A stretch of 64,000 bases of DNA, taken from Myxococcota bacterium. Lineage in GTDB: Bacteria > Myxococcota_A > Bradymonadia > UBA7976 > UBA1532. Positions 31,495 to 40,895 of this stretch are shown piece after piece (position 1 is the first letter of the stretch; each line of letters begins with the position of its first letter). The notes under the pieces are model-generated. The model searched no databases, was not told the DNA's origin, and saw only the letters and a list, made by a program, of their open reading frames with translations. The position numbers and the translations under genes were made by a program. The DNA is taken from positions 1 to 64,000 of the forward strand of contig JAYZEG010000062.1 in assembly GCA_036337435.1 (NCBI GenBank). Reading direction: 5' to 3'.

Positions 31495-32256
31495 ATGAAT
31501 CAGATGGTTTGGAACTTCGGATCTTGCTTGCTGCTCCTGCTTGCTATTGGCGTCGCCTGGGCCAACCCCACTGGCACAGATGAAGGCGCGGGAACACCGG
31601 CCGCCGAGTCAAAAGACAAGAGCGGAAAGGGGCCGTCGATGGAGGGGGACGCTAACTCTAGACAGGTCAGCTCCGTTGATGATGTGGTTGATGGTATCCA
31701 AAGTTTCTATCGAGATGCACGGGACCTAAAAGCCGAATTCCAACAGACCTACACCTATACTCAAATGGGCAGAAAACAGTCCAAATCTGGCAAAGTTTTC
31801 TTCAAGAAACCAAGTCGAATGCGCTGGGACTACAAGCAACCGGTTCCCCAGGTCTTTGTGTCAGACGGCTCCGTTCTCTGGGTTTATCAACCGACAGACG
31901 CACAGGTTTTTAAACAGACCCTGAAGAACTCGCAATTGCCTGTTGCTCTGACCTTTATGAGTGGGCGCGGTGAACTGAGAACAGAGTTCAAAGCCCAATT
32001 AATTGAGCCGTCGACGAAGGCCGATTCGTACACCGTGCAACTGATCCCAAAGAAAAGCGAAGTGAACTACAAATCCGTCTTGCTTACCGTACGGAAAACG
32101 GACTTTTCTGTCTTGGAGAGTGTCGTCGTCGACCCCGTCGGTAATGAAAACAGGTTGGTCTTCAAGAAAGTCGTTCAAAACACTGACATCCCCGACAGAG
32201 CATTCGAATTTAAAGTGCCGAAAGGGGTGCGTGTAATCGACGGTGAAGCCAACTGA
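31495..32256 (+). CDS. lolA: Outer-membrane lipoprotein carrier LolA
   Basis: Signal peptide, AEFQQ, GKVFFKKPSRMRWDY, VSDGSVLWVY, FEFKVPKGV. Confidence 0.92.
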   Translation: MNQMVWNFGSCLLLLLAIGVAWANPTGTDEGAGTPAAESKDKSGKGPSMEGDANSRQVSSVDDVVDGIQSFYRDARDLKAEFQQTYTYTQMGRKQSKSGKVFFKKPSRMRWDYKQPVPQVFVSDGSVLWVYQPTDAQVFKQTLKNSQLPVALTFMSGRGELRTEFKAQLIEPSTKADSYTVQLIPKKSEVNYKSVLLTVRKTDFSVLESVVVDPVGNENRLVFKKVVQNTDIPDRAFEFKVPKGVRVIDGEAN

Positions 32257-32273
32257 CCGAGAGCCGGTCGACT

Positions 32274-33605
32274 TCAGATGGGCTCAGCCACGAGGTCATA
32301 ATCGGTTGATTGTGTGACAACTGCGCGTACGATTTGGCCGGGCTTTACTTGGTCGGACGAACCCAGATATGTGATGCCATCGATTTCAGGCGCTTGAAAT
32401 TGAGTTCGGCCAATCCAAACAAGCTCAGATTCATCGCTGCGCTTTTCAACCAGGACGTCTACCTTACGACCGACCATACTCTGATTGTGCTCGCGTGCGA
32501 TGGAGCGCTGTTCAAACATGAGACGGTCGAGTCGTGTTGCTTTTGTATTTTCGTCGAGTTGTTGGCTCAGTTCATATGAGGGGGTGCCCTCTTCACGGCT
32601 GTATGCAAAGGCACCAAGACGCTCAAACTTGGATTCTTTGATAAACTCCAACAGTTCTTCAAAATCCTGGTCGGTCTCACCCGGATAGCCGACAAGCATT
32701 GTGGTTCGCATACAGATGTTTGGAATGGCCTCTCTAAGCTCACTGACTCGCTTTCGGATCGCGTCACCCCGAGTACCTCGCTTCATGCCCTTCAAGACCG
32801 AATCAGAGATATGCTGCAAGGGCATATCAAGGTACGGGACAATTTTTTCCTCGGTTGCCATTAACTCGACCAAGCCCTTTGGAAATGACCGCGGATACGC
32901 GTACATCAAACGGATCCAGCGTATCCCATCGACTTTGACCAGTTCTCGCAGCAGGTGAGTCAGGTTTTGTCGCGGCTTCAGGTCATAACCCCACGCAGTA
33001 AGGTCTTGAGCGATGAGATTGAACTCGACGACGCCTTGTTCGGCTAATTGGGTTGCTTCTCGGACGACTGAGTCAATATGTCTGCTCCTCTGCGGGCCAC
33101 GCAACGTCGGAATGATACAGAATGCGCACGTATTAGAGCAGCCCTCTGCCACTTTAAGATAGGCGGTATGCCCACCCATCGAGTTGTATCGTGGCGCATC
33201 CCAATTGAAATCCCGGCGATCGGGATCGCCTACGGAGACTCGGCCCCCTGTTCGTCCGTCGAGTATTTCCGTGACGAGAGTCAGATCATTCGTTCCCACG
33301 AAGTGATCGACCTCAGGCATCTCTGACGCAAGTTCCTCCGGGTATCGCTGAGCGAGACAGCCAGTCACAACCAATTTTTCGATTTGGCCTTCGTCTTTTC
33401 GTTGCGCCATTTCCAGTATCGTTTCGATACTTTCCACTTTGGCATCTTCAACAAAAGCACAGGTGTTGACCACGACGATATCGGCATCATCGGCACTGGG
33501 CGTGAGTGAGCAGCCTTCATCGGACAGGCCGGCCAGCATAGTTTCTGTGTCGACCCGATTCTTGGGACACCCCAGGGAGACAAAATGCACTCGCTTACCA
33601 GTCAC
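32274..33605 (-). CDS. rimO: Ribosomal protein S12 methylthiotransferase
   Basis: SLGCPKNRVD, NTCAF, GCLAQRY, radical-SAM CSNTCAFC, APEIDG TRAM domain; AGGAG RBS. Confidence 0.96.
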   Translation of the reverse strand: MTGKRVHFVSLGCPKNRVDTETMLAGLSDEGCSLTPSADDADIVVVNTCAFVEDAKVESIETILEMAQRKDEGQIEKLVVTGCLAQRYPEELASEMPEVDHFVGTNDLTLVTEILDGRTGGRVSVGDPDRRDFNWDAPRYNSMGGHTAYLKVAEGCSNTCAFCIIPTLRGPQRSRHIDSVVREATQLAEQGVVEFNLIAQDLTAWGYDLKPRQNLTHLLRELVKVDGIRWIRLMYAYPRSFPKGLVELMATEEKIVPYLDMPLQHISDSVLKGMKRGTRGDAIRKRVSELREAIPNICMRTTMLVGYPGETDQDFEELLEFIKESKFERLGAFAYSREEGTPSYELSQQLDENTKATRLDRLMFEQRSIAREHNQSMVGRKVDVLVEKRSDESELVWIGRTQFQAPEIDGITYLGSSDQVKPGQIVRAVVTQSTDYDLVAEPI

Positions 33606-33715
33606 GGTATCACTCCTAGATGCTTTTTTGGTTCTTCAGCACGGATCCAGCAGTACCCGATACAGGGAACGCCGCATATTGTTGGGAAGGTCTGAGCTTA
33701 CTAATTTGGCTAGGG

Positions 33716-33895
33716 TTAGCGAGTTGGTTGCTCGTGACCACACTTATCGCAAAGCCAAAAAATACCACTTGGCTGCGTTTGTCTCACGAATTTTACAGCG
33801 GTCATCGCCACGTTGTTACAACCAGCCTGAGGGCATATCTTCGTTTTACCAGCATCCCGGCCACGGCCGGCAATCTTCGCGGGTCTAGTCCCCAT
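33716..33895 (-). CDS. 59-aa basic zinc-ribbon protein (missing from the ORF track)
   Basis: MGTRPAKIAGRGRDAGKTKICPQAGCNNVAMTAVKFVRQTQPSGIFWLCDKCGHEQPTR*; AGGAGA RBS and a dedicated promoter. Confidence 0.82.
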   Translation of the reverse strand: MGTRPAKIAGRGRDAGKTKICPQAGCNNVAMTAVKFVRQTQPSGIFWLCDKCGHEQPTR

Positions 33896-33957
33896 TGTCG
33901 TCTCCTGTTGTCAGTCTCCATCGGACGGTACGTCACGCATGCCGCCACGGGCGTGGC

Positions 33958-33986
33958 ACCCTATCCGACCAAAGTCTAATTGTCAA
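33958..33986 (-). promoter_or_regulatory. sigma70 promoter for the Zn-ribbon gene and rimO
   Basis: TTGACA-N17-TAGGGT on the - strand. Confidence 0.7.
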
Positions 33987-34005
33987 CTCTCGTGAGCCAA
34001 GCTCA

Positions 34006-35841
34006 CTAACCTTCATAGTCTTCTAATTCGCCGATCATTGATGGATCATCGAATAGTGCATCCAGCATCGGTTCACATGGGGTGCCCATGAGCATCTCCC
34101 TCAATCGCCATTTAACCGCGTTTTCGATGCTCTCAGCGGTATTTAATTCTAAGATCTCATTGACCAAACTTTCGCATTCGGCCACCGACATGTTGCGGAC
34201 CATCGCCTTGATCAATGGAATACTTGTCGCGTTCATAGACAGATTTTTGAGTCCCAATCCAATGACTATGGGCAAACAAAGTGGGTCGCCAGCCATCTCT
34301 CCACACATAGACACGTCAATACAGGCACCGCGAGCTGCGCCAACGATGATGCTGATCAAACTCAGCATAGCCGGGTGCATGGGGGCGTAGAGCCTAGCAA
34401 CATGCGGATTCCCGCGGTCAACGGCCAAGGTATACTGAACAAGGTCATTGGTGCCAATCGAGAAAAAGTCAACCTCACGCGCGAGATGCTGTGCAATCAA
34501 GGCTGCTGATGGAACCTCGATCATGATTCCAAAAGGAATGTCGTTGGCAATCGGTACACCCTCGGCTTCGAGTTCTCGACGACATTGCCGAAAAATCGAT
34601 TTGATTGCGCGGACCTCGTCTAGCCGGGATATGAGTGGCACCATGACCCTCAATTCTCCATGGATACTCGCCCTGAGCAGTGCGCGGGCTTGGACTCTGA
34701 AGATATCGGGATGCATCAGGCAGAAACGAACTGCCCTCAGCCCCATTACCGGGTTGTCTTCTGATTCAACGCGGATGAAGTCGGCCAGTTTATCGCCACC
34801 AAGATCGAGCGTTCGTATCGTTGCATGACCGGGCAAAGCCTTTTCCACAACCTCCCGATAACATGCATACTGTTCATCCTCGCTCGGCAGACTGGATCGG
34901 TTCATGTACAAGAACTCGGTTCGGTAAAGCCCAACGCCTTCCGCTCCATGTTCAATGACGATGTTTGTCTCGGTTGGCAGTTCTATATTTCCATTGATTA
35001 GAATCCGATGGCCATCTTTGGTCTGCGCGAAGCCCTGTTTAACCGCGTTTAACTTTGCTTTTTCAACCTCATAAGTCGCTTGACGGTCTCGATAGCGTTT
35101 CAGTTCTTTCGGGGCCGGATTGATATGGACACGCCCATTGGAGCCATCGACGACCAACAGGTCGCCCGTGCCGACATGTTCTGTCAGCTCGTCGATTGCG
35201 ATGACTGCAGGGAGTTCTAGAGAACGGGCCATAATTGCCGTATGACTTGTACGTCCACCGACTTCGGTCACAAAACCAAGCACTGATGAATTAAGCATTT
35301 GAGCGGTATCTGCGGGTGACAAGTCGTGCGCGACAACAATGCTATCGGGTTTGATATTGGCCAAGGTTGGCTCATCTTTACCCAGAAGGTTTCGTAGAAG
35401 CCGGTCTGCAACAAATCCGATGTCAGCGCGCCTCTCTTTAAAATATTCGTCGTCAATATTATCGAACACCTTTTTGATGCCTCGAACAACTTTCTGCAAC
35501 GCCCATTCTGCGTTTAAAGATTGTTCTCGAATCAGCTGCTCAGTGCCCGTGACGAGCATATCATCTCGTAGCATCATTGTATGGGCTTCCAAGATGAGGT
35601 CGTGTTCTTGGCCCTGACTTTTGAATCGAGCTTTGAGAAATTTGAGCTGCTTCTCTGACAACGCGATCGCATCCTGGAATCGGTCAATTTCTGAATCGAT
35701 CTCAGCTTGTTCGACATGGCGGTGGGGCACTTTTATCTTCTTACGATCCACAAAGTGCGCACGTCCTATCGCATAGCCTGGAGAAACTCCAAGGCCGACC
35801 AATCGTGTTGGTCGCGGCTTAATGAGGTGACCATCTGTCAC
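34006..35841 (-). CDS. ptsI: PTS enzyme I (PEP-protein phosphotransferase)
   Basis: GGRTSHTAIMAR phospho-His, GVGLYRTEF, FSIGTNDLVQY, MCGEMAGD. Confidence 0.96.
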   Translation of the reverse strand: MTDGHLIKPRPTRLVGLGVSPGYAIGRAHFVDRKKIKVPHRHVEQAEIDSEIDRFQDAIALSEKQLKFLKARFKSQGQEHDLILEAHTMMLRDDMLVTGTEQLIREQSLNAEWALQKVVRGIKKVFDNIDDEYFKERRADIGFVADRLLRNLLGKDEPTLANIKPDSIVVAHDLSPADTAQMLNSSVLGFVTEVGGRTSHTAIMARSLELPAVIAIDELTEHVGTGDLLVVDGSNGRVHINPAPKELKRYRDRQATYEVEKAKLNAVKQGFAQTKDGHRILINGNIELPTETNIVIEHGAEGVGLYRTEFLYMNRSSLPSEDEQYACYREVVEKALPGHATIRTLDLGGDKLADFIRVESEDNPVMGLRAVRFCLMHPDIFRVQARALLRASIHGELRVMVPLISRLDEVRAIKSIFRQCRRELEAEGVPIANDIPFGIMIEVPSAALIAQHLAREVDFFSIGTNDLVQYTLAVDRGNPHVARLYAPMHPAMLSLISIIVGAARGACIDVSMCGEMAGDPLCLPIVIGLGLKNLSMNATSIPLIKAMVRNMSVAECESLVNEILELNTAESIENAVKWRLREMLMGTPCEPMLDALFDDPSMIGELEDYEG

Positions 35842-36113
35842 TCTTCTTCCCCAAAACGGCTGTCAATGCACTGCTCGATCGCGTCGGCAGCAGCGGTTGC
35901 ATCTTCTCCGCTGCATTTAACTCTCACCATTGAGCCCAGGCCCGCAGCGAGTGTCATCAGGCCCAGAATAGACTTCGCATCGACTGTAAAGTTACCCTTC
36001 TCCATCTTGATATCGCAGGCGAATTGACTCGTCACTCGGACCAGCGCCGCGGCCGCACGTGCATGAAGCCCCAACTTATTTACAATTCGTATCTCTCTGA
36101 TGACTTCTGTCAT
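35838..36113 (-). CDS. ptsH: Phosphocarrier HPr
   Basis: NKLGLHARAA (His15) and DAKSILGL (Ser46). Confidence 0.96.
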   Translation of the reverse strand: MTEVIREIRIVNKLGLHARAAAALVRVTSQFACDIKMEKGNFTVDAKSILGLMTLAAGLGSMVRVKCSGEDATAAADAIEQCIDSRFGEEE

Positions 36114-36126
36114 AGGTATACCACCT

Positions 36127-36924
36127 TCACATTATGGGGAATGCTGAATTGAGAAACATGACCAACGATGCTGTGCCAAAAGCAGCCAAGTAAAGGAGCG
36201 AAACCATGGATATGCTTCGTTTTAGACCCAGCAAAAAGATCAGCATCATTGAAAAGAGCAGGAATGGCTCAACGCCATCGGCCAGCCTGAATGGCGAATT
36301 CATTGCGCGATCTGCAAAGATCGCAGCGATCGCACCTAAAAATAGAGCCGCCAAGTAGTGCGTTCGATCTGCAAATTTGACCAGTGCAAGTTTATGAATT
36401 CGTTCGCAAATTTGTTCACCATCTCGATACCCATAAAAAAGGCCAAAGGTGCGCAATCCAAGGTGACAAAGGTTAAACAAAATCAAAAAACCAATGGGAG
36501 CCCAGAGGATGCCGCTGAGTACCCCCATAACGGCCCATGCCGCGGCGAAGGGCCGCAAACTTGCCCAAAAAAAACTATCCCCGATCGCAGCCATTGGACC
36601 CATCATATAGCGTTTAAAATTGGAGACATCGTCGGGTTGGCGAGTGCCATTGGCGATCTCTTCTTCAATGCGGATAGACGCGCCGATCAATGCGCCGGAC
36701 ATGTACGGATGTGTATTGAAAAATTGAAGGTGACGCTGCAAAGCTTGGTTGAGGTCCTCGCCAGAGTATAGTTTTCTCAGTGCAGGGGAGATGCAGAAAC
36801 AGAGTCCAACATTTTGCATCCGTTCGAAATTGGACGCTGCTTGGATGAAAAAACTTCGCCAAAGGACCCGTAAGAGAACCCATTTGCTGATGGCCCCCCG
36901 TGCGTTTTTGGAACTCGCTATCAT
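36127..36924 (-). CDS. manZ: PTS mannose/fructose/sorbose family EIID
   Basis: NFERMQNVG, FFNTHPY, MGPMAAIGDSFFW; ATGA overlap with the EIIC stop. Confidence 0.9.
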   Translation of the reverse strand: MIASSKNARGAISKWVLLRVLWRSFFIQAASNFERMQNVGLCFCISPALRKLYSGEDLNQALQRHLQFFNTHPYMSGALIGASIRIEEEIANGTRQPDDVSNFKRYMMGPMAAIGDSFFWASLRPFAAAWAVMGVLSGILWAPIGFLILFNLCHLGLRTFGLFYGYRDGEQICERIHKLALVKFADRTHYLAALFLGAIAAIFADRAMNSPFRLADGVEPFLLFSMMLIFLLGLKRSISMVSLLYLAAFGTASLVMFLNSAFPIM

Positions 36925-37631
36925 GCCGAGTACCCTTGGGTCAAAATGGTGGCTACGACCGCAAAGGTTACAGATGCGAGTACGATACCGCGCCGATGAC
37001 GAAGCATTGAAAGTGCCACAGCAACGCCGAGAGATGGGATTAAATAGAGGCCAATCACACCAAGCACGTCCGTCCAATTGGACGTCAGCACACTCTGTAA
37101 TCGTGTTAAAAGGTAGAGCATAGATGCAGTAAAGACTGCTGTGGCCGTCGAATTGGCAAAAAATGTTCGAATCAGAGCGAGAAAGATAAGGAAAGCGATT
37201 TGCCTAGTCTCTCCGCTTCGGACAGCATCATCCGCCTTTGTTGCGAGTCCCAGATTCAGATGGTCGAGTTTGATATCCAGCCACTGGCCGGCAATACAGA
37301 TGGGTGCCCCAAGTAAGATGGCTAAACACCAAACTGCTGGATCAATTTCGCCGACGTGACGTCCGTATAGAAAGACCGCGCCGGCGATGTTAACCGACGC
37401 AAGCGTATCGTTCCTGGGTACGTTTGACCCAAAGAGGACGCAAGACATCCACAAAAGCTGGAGGTATGCACCCAACATCACGCCCAGAGAAGATTCGTTA
37501 AACATCCAGCCGAGCAAAGAGACCGCGACGAGTGGCTGTGATGCCATAAATTGAAATGCAGCCCTTCGGTCCAGGCTCAAGAGTCCGCTAACGCCAGCGA
37601 CAAGGGCCAGGTCGAGCGAAAAGTCGATCAC
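36921..37631 (-). CDS. manY: PTS mannose family EIIC
   Basis: LDRRAAFQFMASQPLV, GVMLGAYLQLLW, multiple TM segments; lies between EIIB and EIID. Confidence 0.85.
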   Translation of the reverse strand: MIDFSLDLALVAGVSGLLSLDRRAAFQFMASQPLVAVSLLGWMFNESSLGVMLGAYLQLLWMSCVLFGSNVPRNDTLASVNIAGAVFLYGRHVGEIDPAVWCLAILLGAPICIAGQWLDIKLDHLNLGLATKADDAVRSGETRQIAFLIFLALIRTFFANSTATAVFTASMLYLLTRLQSVLTSNWTDVLGVIGLYLIPSLGVAVALSMLRHRRGIVLASVTFAVVATILTQGYSA

Positions 37632-38114
37632 CTATTGGGCCTCAAGAACGCGTCTGAGGTCCGTCGGTGTTTCACTTGGAAGTGTTTGGATATTAATCCG
37701 TAATCCACGACTCAGGAGCGATTTCAACTCGGTCTGCTCATTCTCGTCTAAATAGACCGCATTGGTAATTTGAGCCTTACCTGCTGCATGGTGAATATTG
37801 CCAATATTGAGTTGCGGAAATGGATGGCCTGCTTCGAACAAGGCCTGTGCATCTGATACGGATTCCAGCAATACCAAGATTGATTCTGTTGAATTTCGGT
37901 TGTCATTGAGAAAGCGCGCAGCGTCTTTAATGGACAGTGCAGTAAACCCATGTTCAGCTGGGATAGCCATTCTGAACATGGTCATTTGCAAGGCGTTTTT
38001 TGGAACCGCGTCATTGGCAATCACAAAATGACGAACTCTCAAATGCGGCATCCAAGTCGAGATAATTTGACCGTGGACTAATCGATTATCTATCCGGTAA
38101 AAAATGCTCATCAA
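37632..38114 (-). CDS. PTS mannose family EIIB
   Basis: RIDNRLVHGQI and LNIGN motifs. Confidence 0.92.
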   Translation of the reverse strand: MMSIFYRIDNRLVHGQIISTWMPHLRVRHFVIANDAVPKNALQMTMFRMAIPAEHGFTALSIKDAARFLNDNRNSTESILVLLESVSDAQALFEAGHPFPQLNIGNIHHAAGKAQITNAVYLDENEQTELKSLLSRGLRINIQTLPSETPTDLRRVLEAQ

Positions 38115-38515
38115 GTATTTCCGGATGCTCGCATCATCGCGCCTGCAACCAGGATGTTATCGCGCCCATGAGATTGAATTAATTTCGCCACATCGCTCAG
38201 CGGTTTGTCTCGACAGGTAAAGAGTTTGAGCAGCATTGGTAAGTTGACACCGGTCACAACCTCAATGTCTTGGCTGAGCAGTGACAAGCTGACGTTAGAT
38301 GGGGTGCCGCCAAACATGTCACATAGGACGATTGTGCCGGAACCGCGTTCCACGACCTTTATTGCCTCGGTGAGTTCATCGACAATTTTTTCGCCGCTGT
38401 CGCCGGTTTGAACAGTCACCGATGCGCTGTTCTCAAAAGTGCCGACAATCATTGTTGCCGCATCCAACAGAGCCGGTGCTAAATTCGAATGCGTACAAAT
38501 CACAACCCCAATCAT
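38111..38515 (-). CDS. PTS mannose family EIIA
   Basis: IGVVICTH, DMFGGTPSN, GVNLPML. Confidence 0.93.
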   Translation of the reverse strand: MIGVVICTHSNLAPALLDAATMIVGTFENSASVTVQTGDSGEKIVDELTEAIKVVERGSGTIVLCDMFGGTPSNVSLSLLSQDIEVVTGVNLPMLLKLFTCRDKPLSDVAKLIQSHGRDNILVAGAMMRASGNT

Positions 38516-39399
38516 GATGACTCCTTTGACACGTCGCGATGCCGAATCTTCGGATCACGTCCACCAAATCGCAAATGTGCAGCAATCCGCTCGGTCAAAG
38601 CGACCGAGCGGTGCTTGCCACCCGTACATCCAATCGCGATGGTCAGATGGCTCTTTCCCTCGTTTTCGTAAGCAGGAAGCGTCATGTCAACTAATCCCAG
38701 AAAATGCTCTAAGAACTGTTCGGTCTCTGGTCGCTCATAAACATAATCCTGAACGGGCTTATCGAGCCCGGTCTGCGGTCGTAAGGTCTCTACAAAGTGG
38801 GGATTTGGCAAAAAGCGAACATCCCAAACAACATCGGCCTCGCTAGGAACGCCGTATCGAAACCCGAAGCTCATCAATGAAACAAAGAGATCTCTGGGCT
38901 GACCGCCTGTCGCAAATGACTGAATCAGTCTTTTGCATTCGTGTACGTTCAAATCCGACGAATCAAGAATCCTCGATGCCCGCTCCCTGATGGGGTGCAT
39001 AATGAGCCGCTCCGTTTGAATTGCTTCCGCAATTGGGAGTCCATAACGACCCAATGGATGAGGCCTTCTGGATACGCTGAAGCGCCGGAGTAGGACGTCA
39101 TCACTCGCCTCCAAATAAACGATCTCAATATTTACATCTTCTTTTCGAAGGTCGTTTAGTATTTGGAGAGACCCTTCGACATCTTCGACGTTTCGGGCAT
39201 CTAAGCCGATTGCAAGCCGGTCGAATTTGTCACTTCCACGCGCCAGGTCTATCAACTTCGGGAGGAGTGGCGGTGGTAGGTTATCGACACAGAAAAAGCC
39301 GAGGTCTTCGAGAGCGTGACTCGCAGTTGAAATACCCGACCCACTTAATCCTGTGATCACCATCAGCCGTAGATGGGCGGTTTTTGTTTCGTCACTCAT
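38512..39399 (-). CDS. rapZ: RNase adapter RapZ (YhbJ/YvcJ) P-loop protein
   Basis: ITGLSGSG, FCVDNLPP, SFGFRYG, DVRFLPNPHF, GCTGGKHRSV. Confidence 0.95.
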   Translation of the reverse strand: MSDETKTAHLRLMVITGLSGSGISTASHALEDLGFFCVDNLPPPLLPKLIDLARGSDKFDRLAIGLDARNVEDVEGSLQILNDLRKEDVNIEIVYLEASDDVLLRRFSVSRRPHPLGRYGLPIAEAIQTERLIMHPIRERASRILDSSDLNVHECKRLIQSFATGGQPRDLFVSLMSFGFRYGVPSEADVVWDVRFLPNPHFVETLRPQTGLDKPVQDYVYERPETEQFLEHFLGLVDMTLPAYENEGKSHLTIAIGCTGGKHRSVALTERIAAHLRFGGRDPKIRHRDVSKESS

Positions 39400-40384
39400 C
39401 GGGTTCCTCTGATGCCATAGACGGGGGATCGGTCCAATTTTCTTCAGCTTGCTCGATGTGCTCGCTCAGCTGGAGGGCGAATGCTTTCGCTGAATGGGTG
39501 CCCTGTTCCTGCAAAAGTCGGTTTCTGGCGGCAACCTCAATAATCAAACTGAGTGACCGTCCAGGCCTCACCGGAAGGCTGATGAACGGCACACCAACCT
39601 CCGAAAACTCAACCCGTTTCTGCTCTAATCCTAATCGATCGACTTCATTCAAATCGTCCCATTCAACGAGTTCGACGGCCAACTCAATACGTTTTCTAGC
39701 TCTCACCGCAGCCACGCCATATAGATCCTTGATATTGATGATACCAAGTCCTCTAATCTCCATGTGATGACGTGTGAGTTTGGGACTATGGCCCACAACA
39801 GTATTGCTGCCTGTTTTTTCGCAAATGACCACATCATCTGCAACCAGGCGATGGCCACGAGAAATTAACTCGAGAGCAATCTCGCTTTTTCCGATCCCGC
39901 TTTTTCCCAGTAAGAGAACACCGACGCCATGCACGTCAACCAAGGCAGCATGGCGAACTTCTCGCGGAGCATACCAAGATGACAAGACTTGATTGAGCTC
40001 ATCGGTCGCAACCGTAGACTCTTGGTCGGTTGCCAGCAAAGCGACACCAAATTCATCACAAACATTGATCATCTCTGGCGGGATGTCCTCACCAGCTGTA
40101 ATGACAATCGCTGGAATTTCTGTCTCACATAAAGTCCGAAATAACTTTGTCCGCTGCTCAGAGTCTTGCTTGGCCAGATAGCTCATTTCGGTGCGACCGA
40201 GCAGTTGAATTCGCGTCCTGACCAAGTTATCGATATGACCGATAAGGGAAATACCGACGCGTTGAACTTTCGGTGTCCCGATGGTTCTTGAAAATCCTCT
40301 CGGACCGCCCGCCATGACCCGAAAGTTTGGCAGCGTAGCTAGTTCACTGATGCTGATCTCGGTCGTTGCTCGTAATTGATTCAT
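39392..40384 (-). CDS. hprK: HPr(Ser) kinase/phosphorylase
   Basis: GKSGIGKSE, GHRLVADD, EIRGLGIIN, PVRPGR. Confidence 0.96.
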   Translation of the reverse strand: MNQLRATTEISISELATLPNFRVMAGGPRGFSRTIGTPKVQRVGISLIGHIDNLVRTRIQLLGRTEMSYLAKQDSEQRTKLFRTLCETEIPAIVITAGEDIPPEMINVCDEFGVALLATDQESTVATDELNQVLSSWYAPREVRHAALVDVHGVGVLLLGKSGIGKSEIALELISRGHRLVADDVVICEKTGSNTVVGHSPKLTRHHMEIRGLGIINIKDLYGVAAVRARKRIELAVELVEWDDLNEVDRLGLEQKRVEFSEVGVPFISLPVRPGRSLSLIIEVAARNRLLQEQGTHSAKAFALQLSEHIEQAEENWTDPPSMASEEPDE

Positions 40385-40393
40385 CGAGAACTT

Positions 40394-40855
40394 TCAAAGT
40401 TTGGCATCTTCGGCCACAACGATCTGGTAAATGGCGTCGGCGTCAGGGGCGGCTAGAAGTTGCTCTCTAAAACCCGGACTTTTGAGCAGTCTCGATAGAC
40501 GCGCCAGAGCTTTCAGGTGGAGGCCTTCCGCTGCTTCTGGGATGAAAAGCGTAAAGAAAAGATGTGTTGGTTGACCGTCTAAACTATGAAAGTCGACACC
40601 CGCCTTGCTTCGCCCAATACAACCAATAATTTTGTCTACAATCTGTGTCCGGCCATGGGGCATGGCCACCCCATTACCGATTCCGGTACTCTGTAGTTTT
40701 TCACGCCGAGTCAGGGTTTCAACGAGCAGGTTTGGGTCTAGATCAGGGTTAATTTTCAGTGCCAGACCCACCAGCTCTCGAATTACGCCCGGCTTACTGG
40801 AGGCACTTAGGTCATCTTCGATGGCGCGGATGTCAAGAAAGTCGGTGATCTGCAT
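40394..40855 (-). CDS. ptsN: PTS EIIA(Ntr)
   Basis: REKLQSTGIGNGVAMPH and HLKALARLSRLL; follows rpoN. Confidence 0.92.
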   Translation of the reverse strand: MQITDFLDIRAIEDDLSASSKPGVIRELVGLALKINPDLDPNLLVETLTRREKLQSTGIGNGVAMPHGRTQIVDKIIGCIGRSKAGVDFHSLDGQPTHLFFTLFIPEAAEGLHLKALARLSRLLKSPGFREQLLAAPDADAIYQIVVAEDAKL

Positions 40856-40895
40856 GTTGCGATTGGTCCTTCACCATTCATCTGAATGCGGTTGG

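Noticed and set aside
33620..33979. 119-aa + strand ORF (also 33439-33888) in the rimO-ptsI gap
   Set aside because: It is an antisense shadow of the 59-aa Zn-ribbon gene, which has the RBS, promoter and Cys motif.
36567..36574. T8 run in EIID as a slippage or phase-variation site
   Set aside because: It encodes the conserved GDSFFW motif and the frame is intact.
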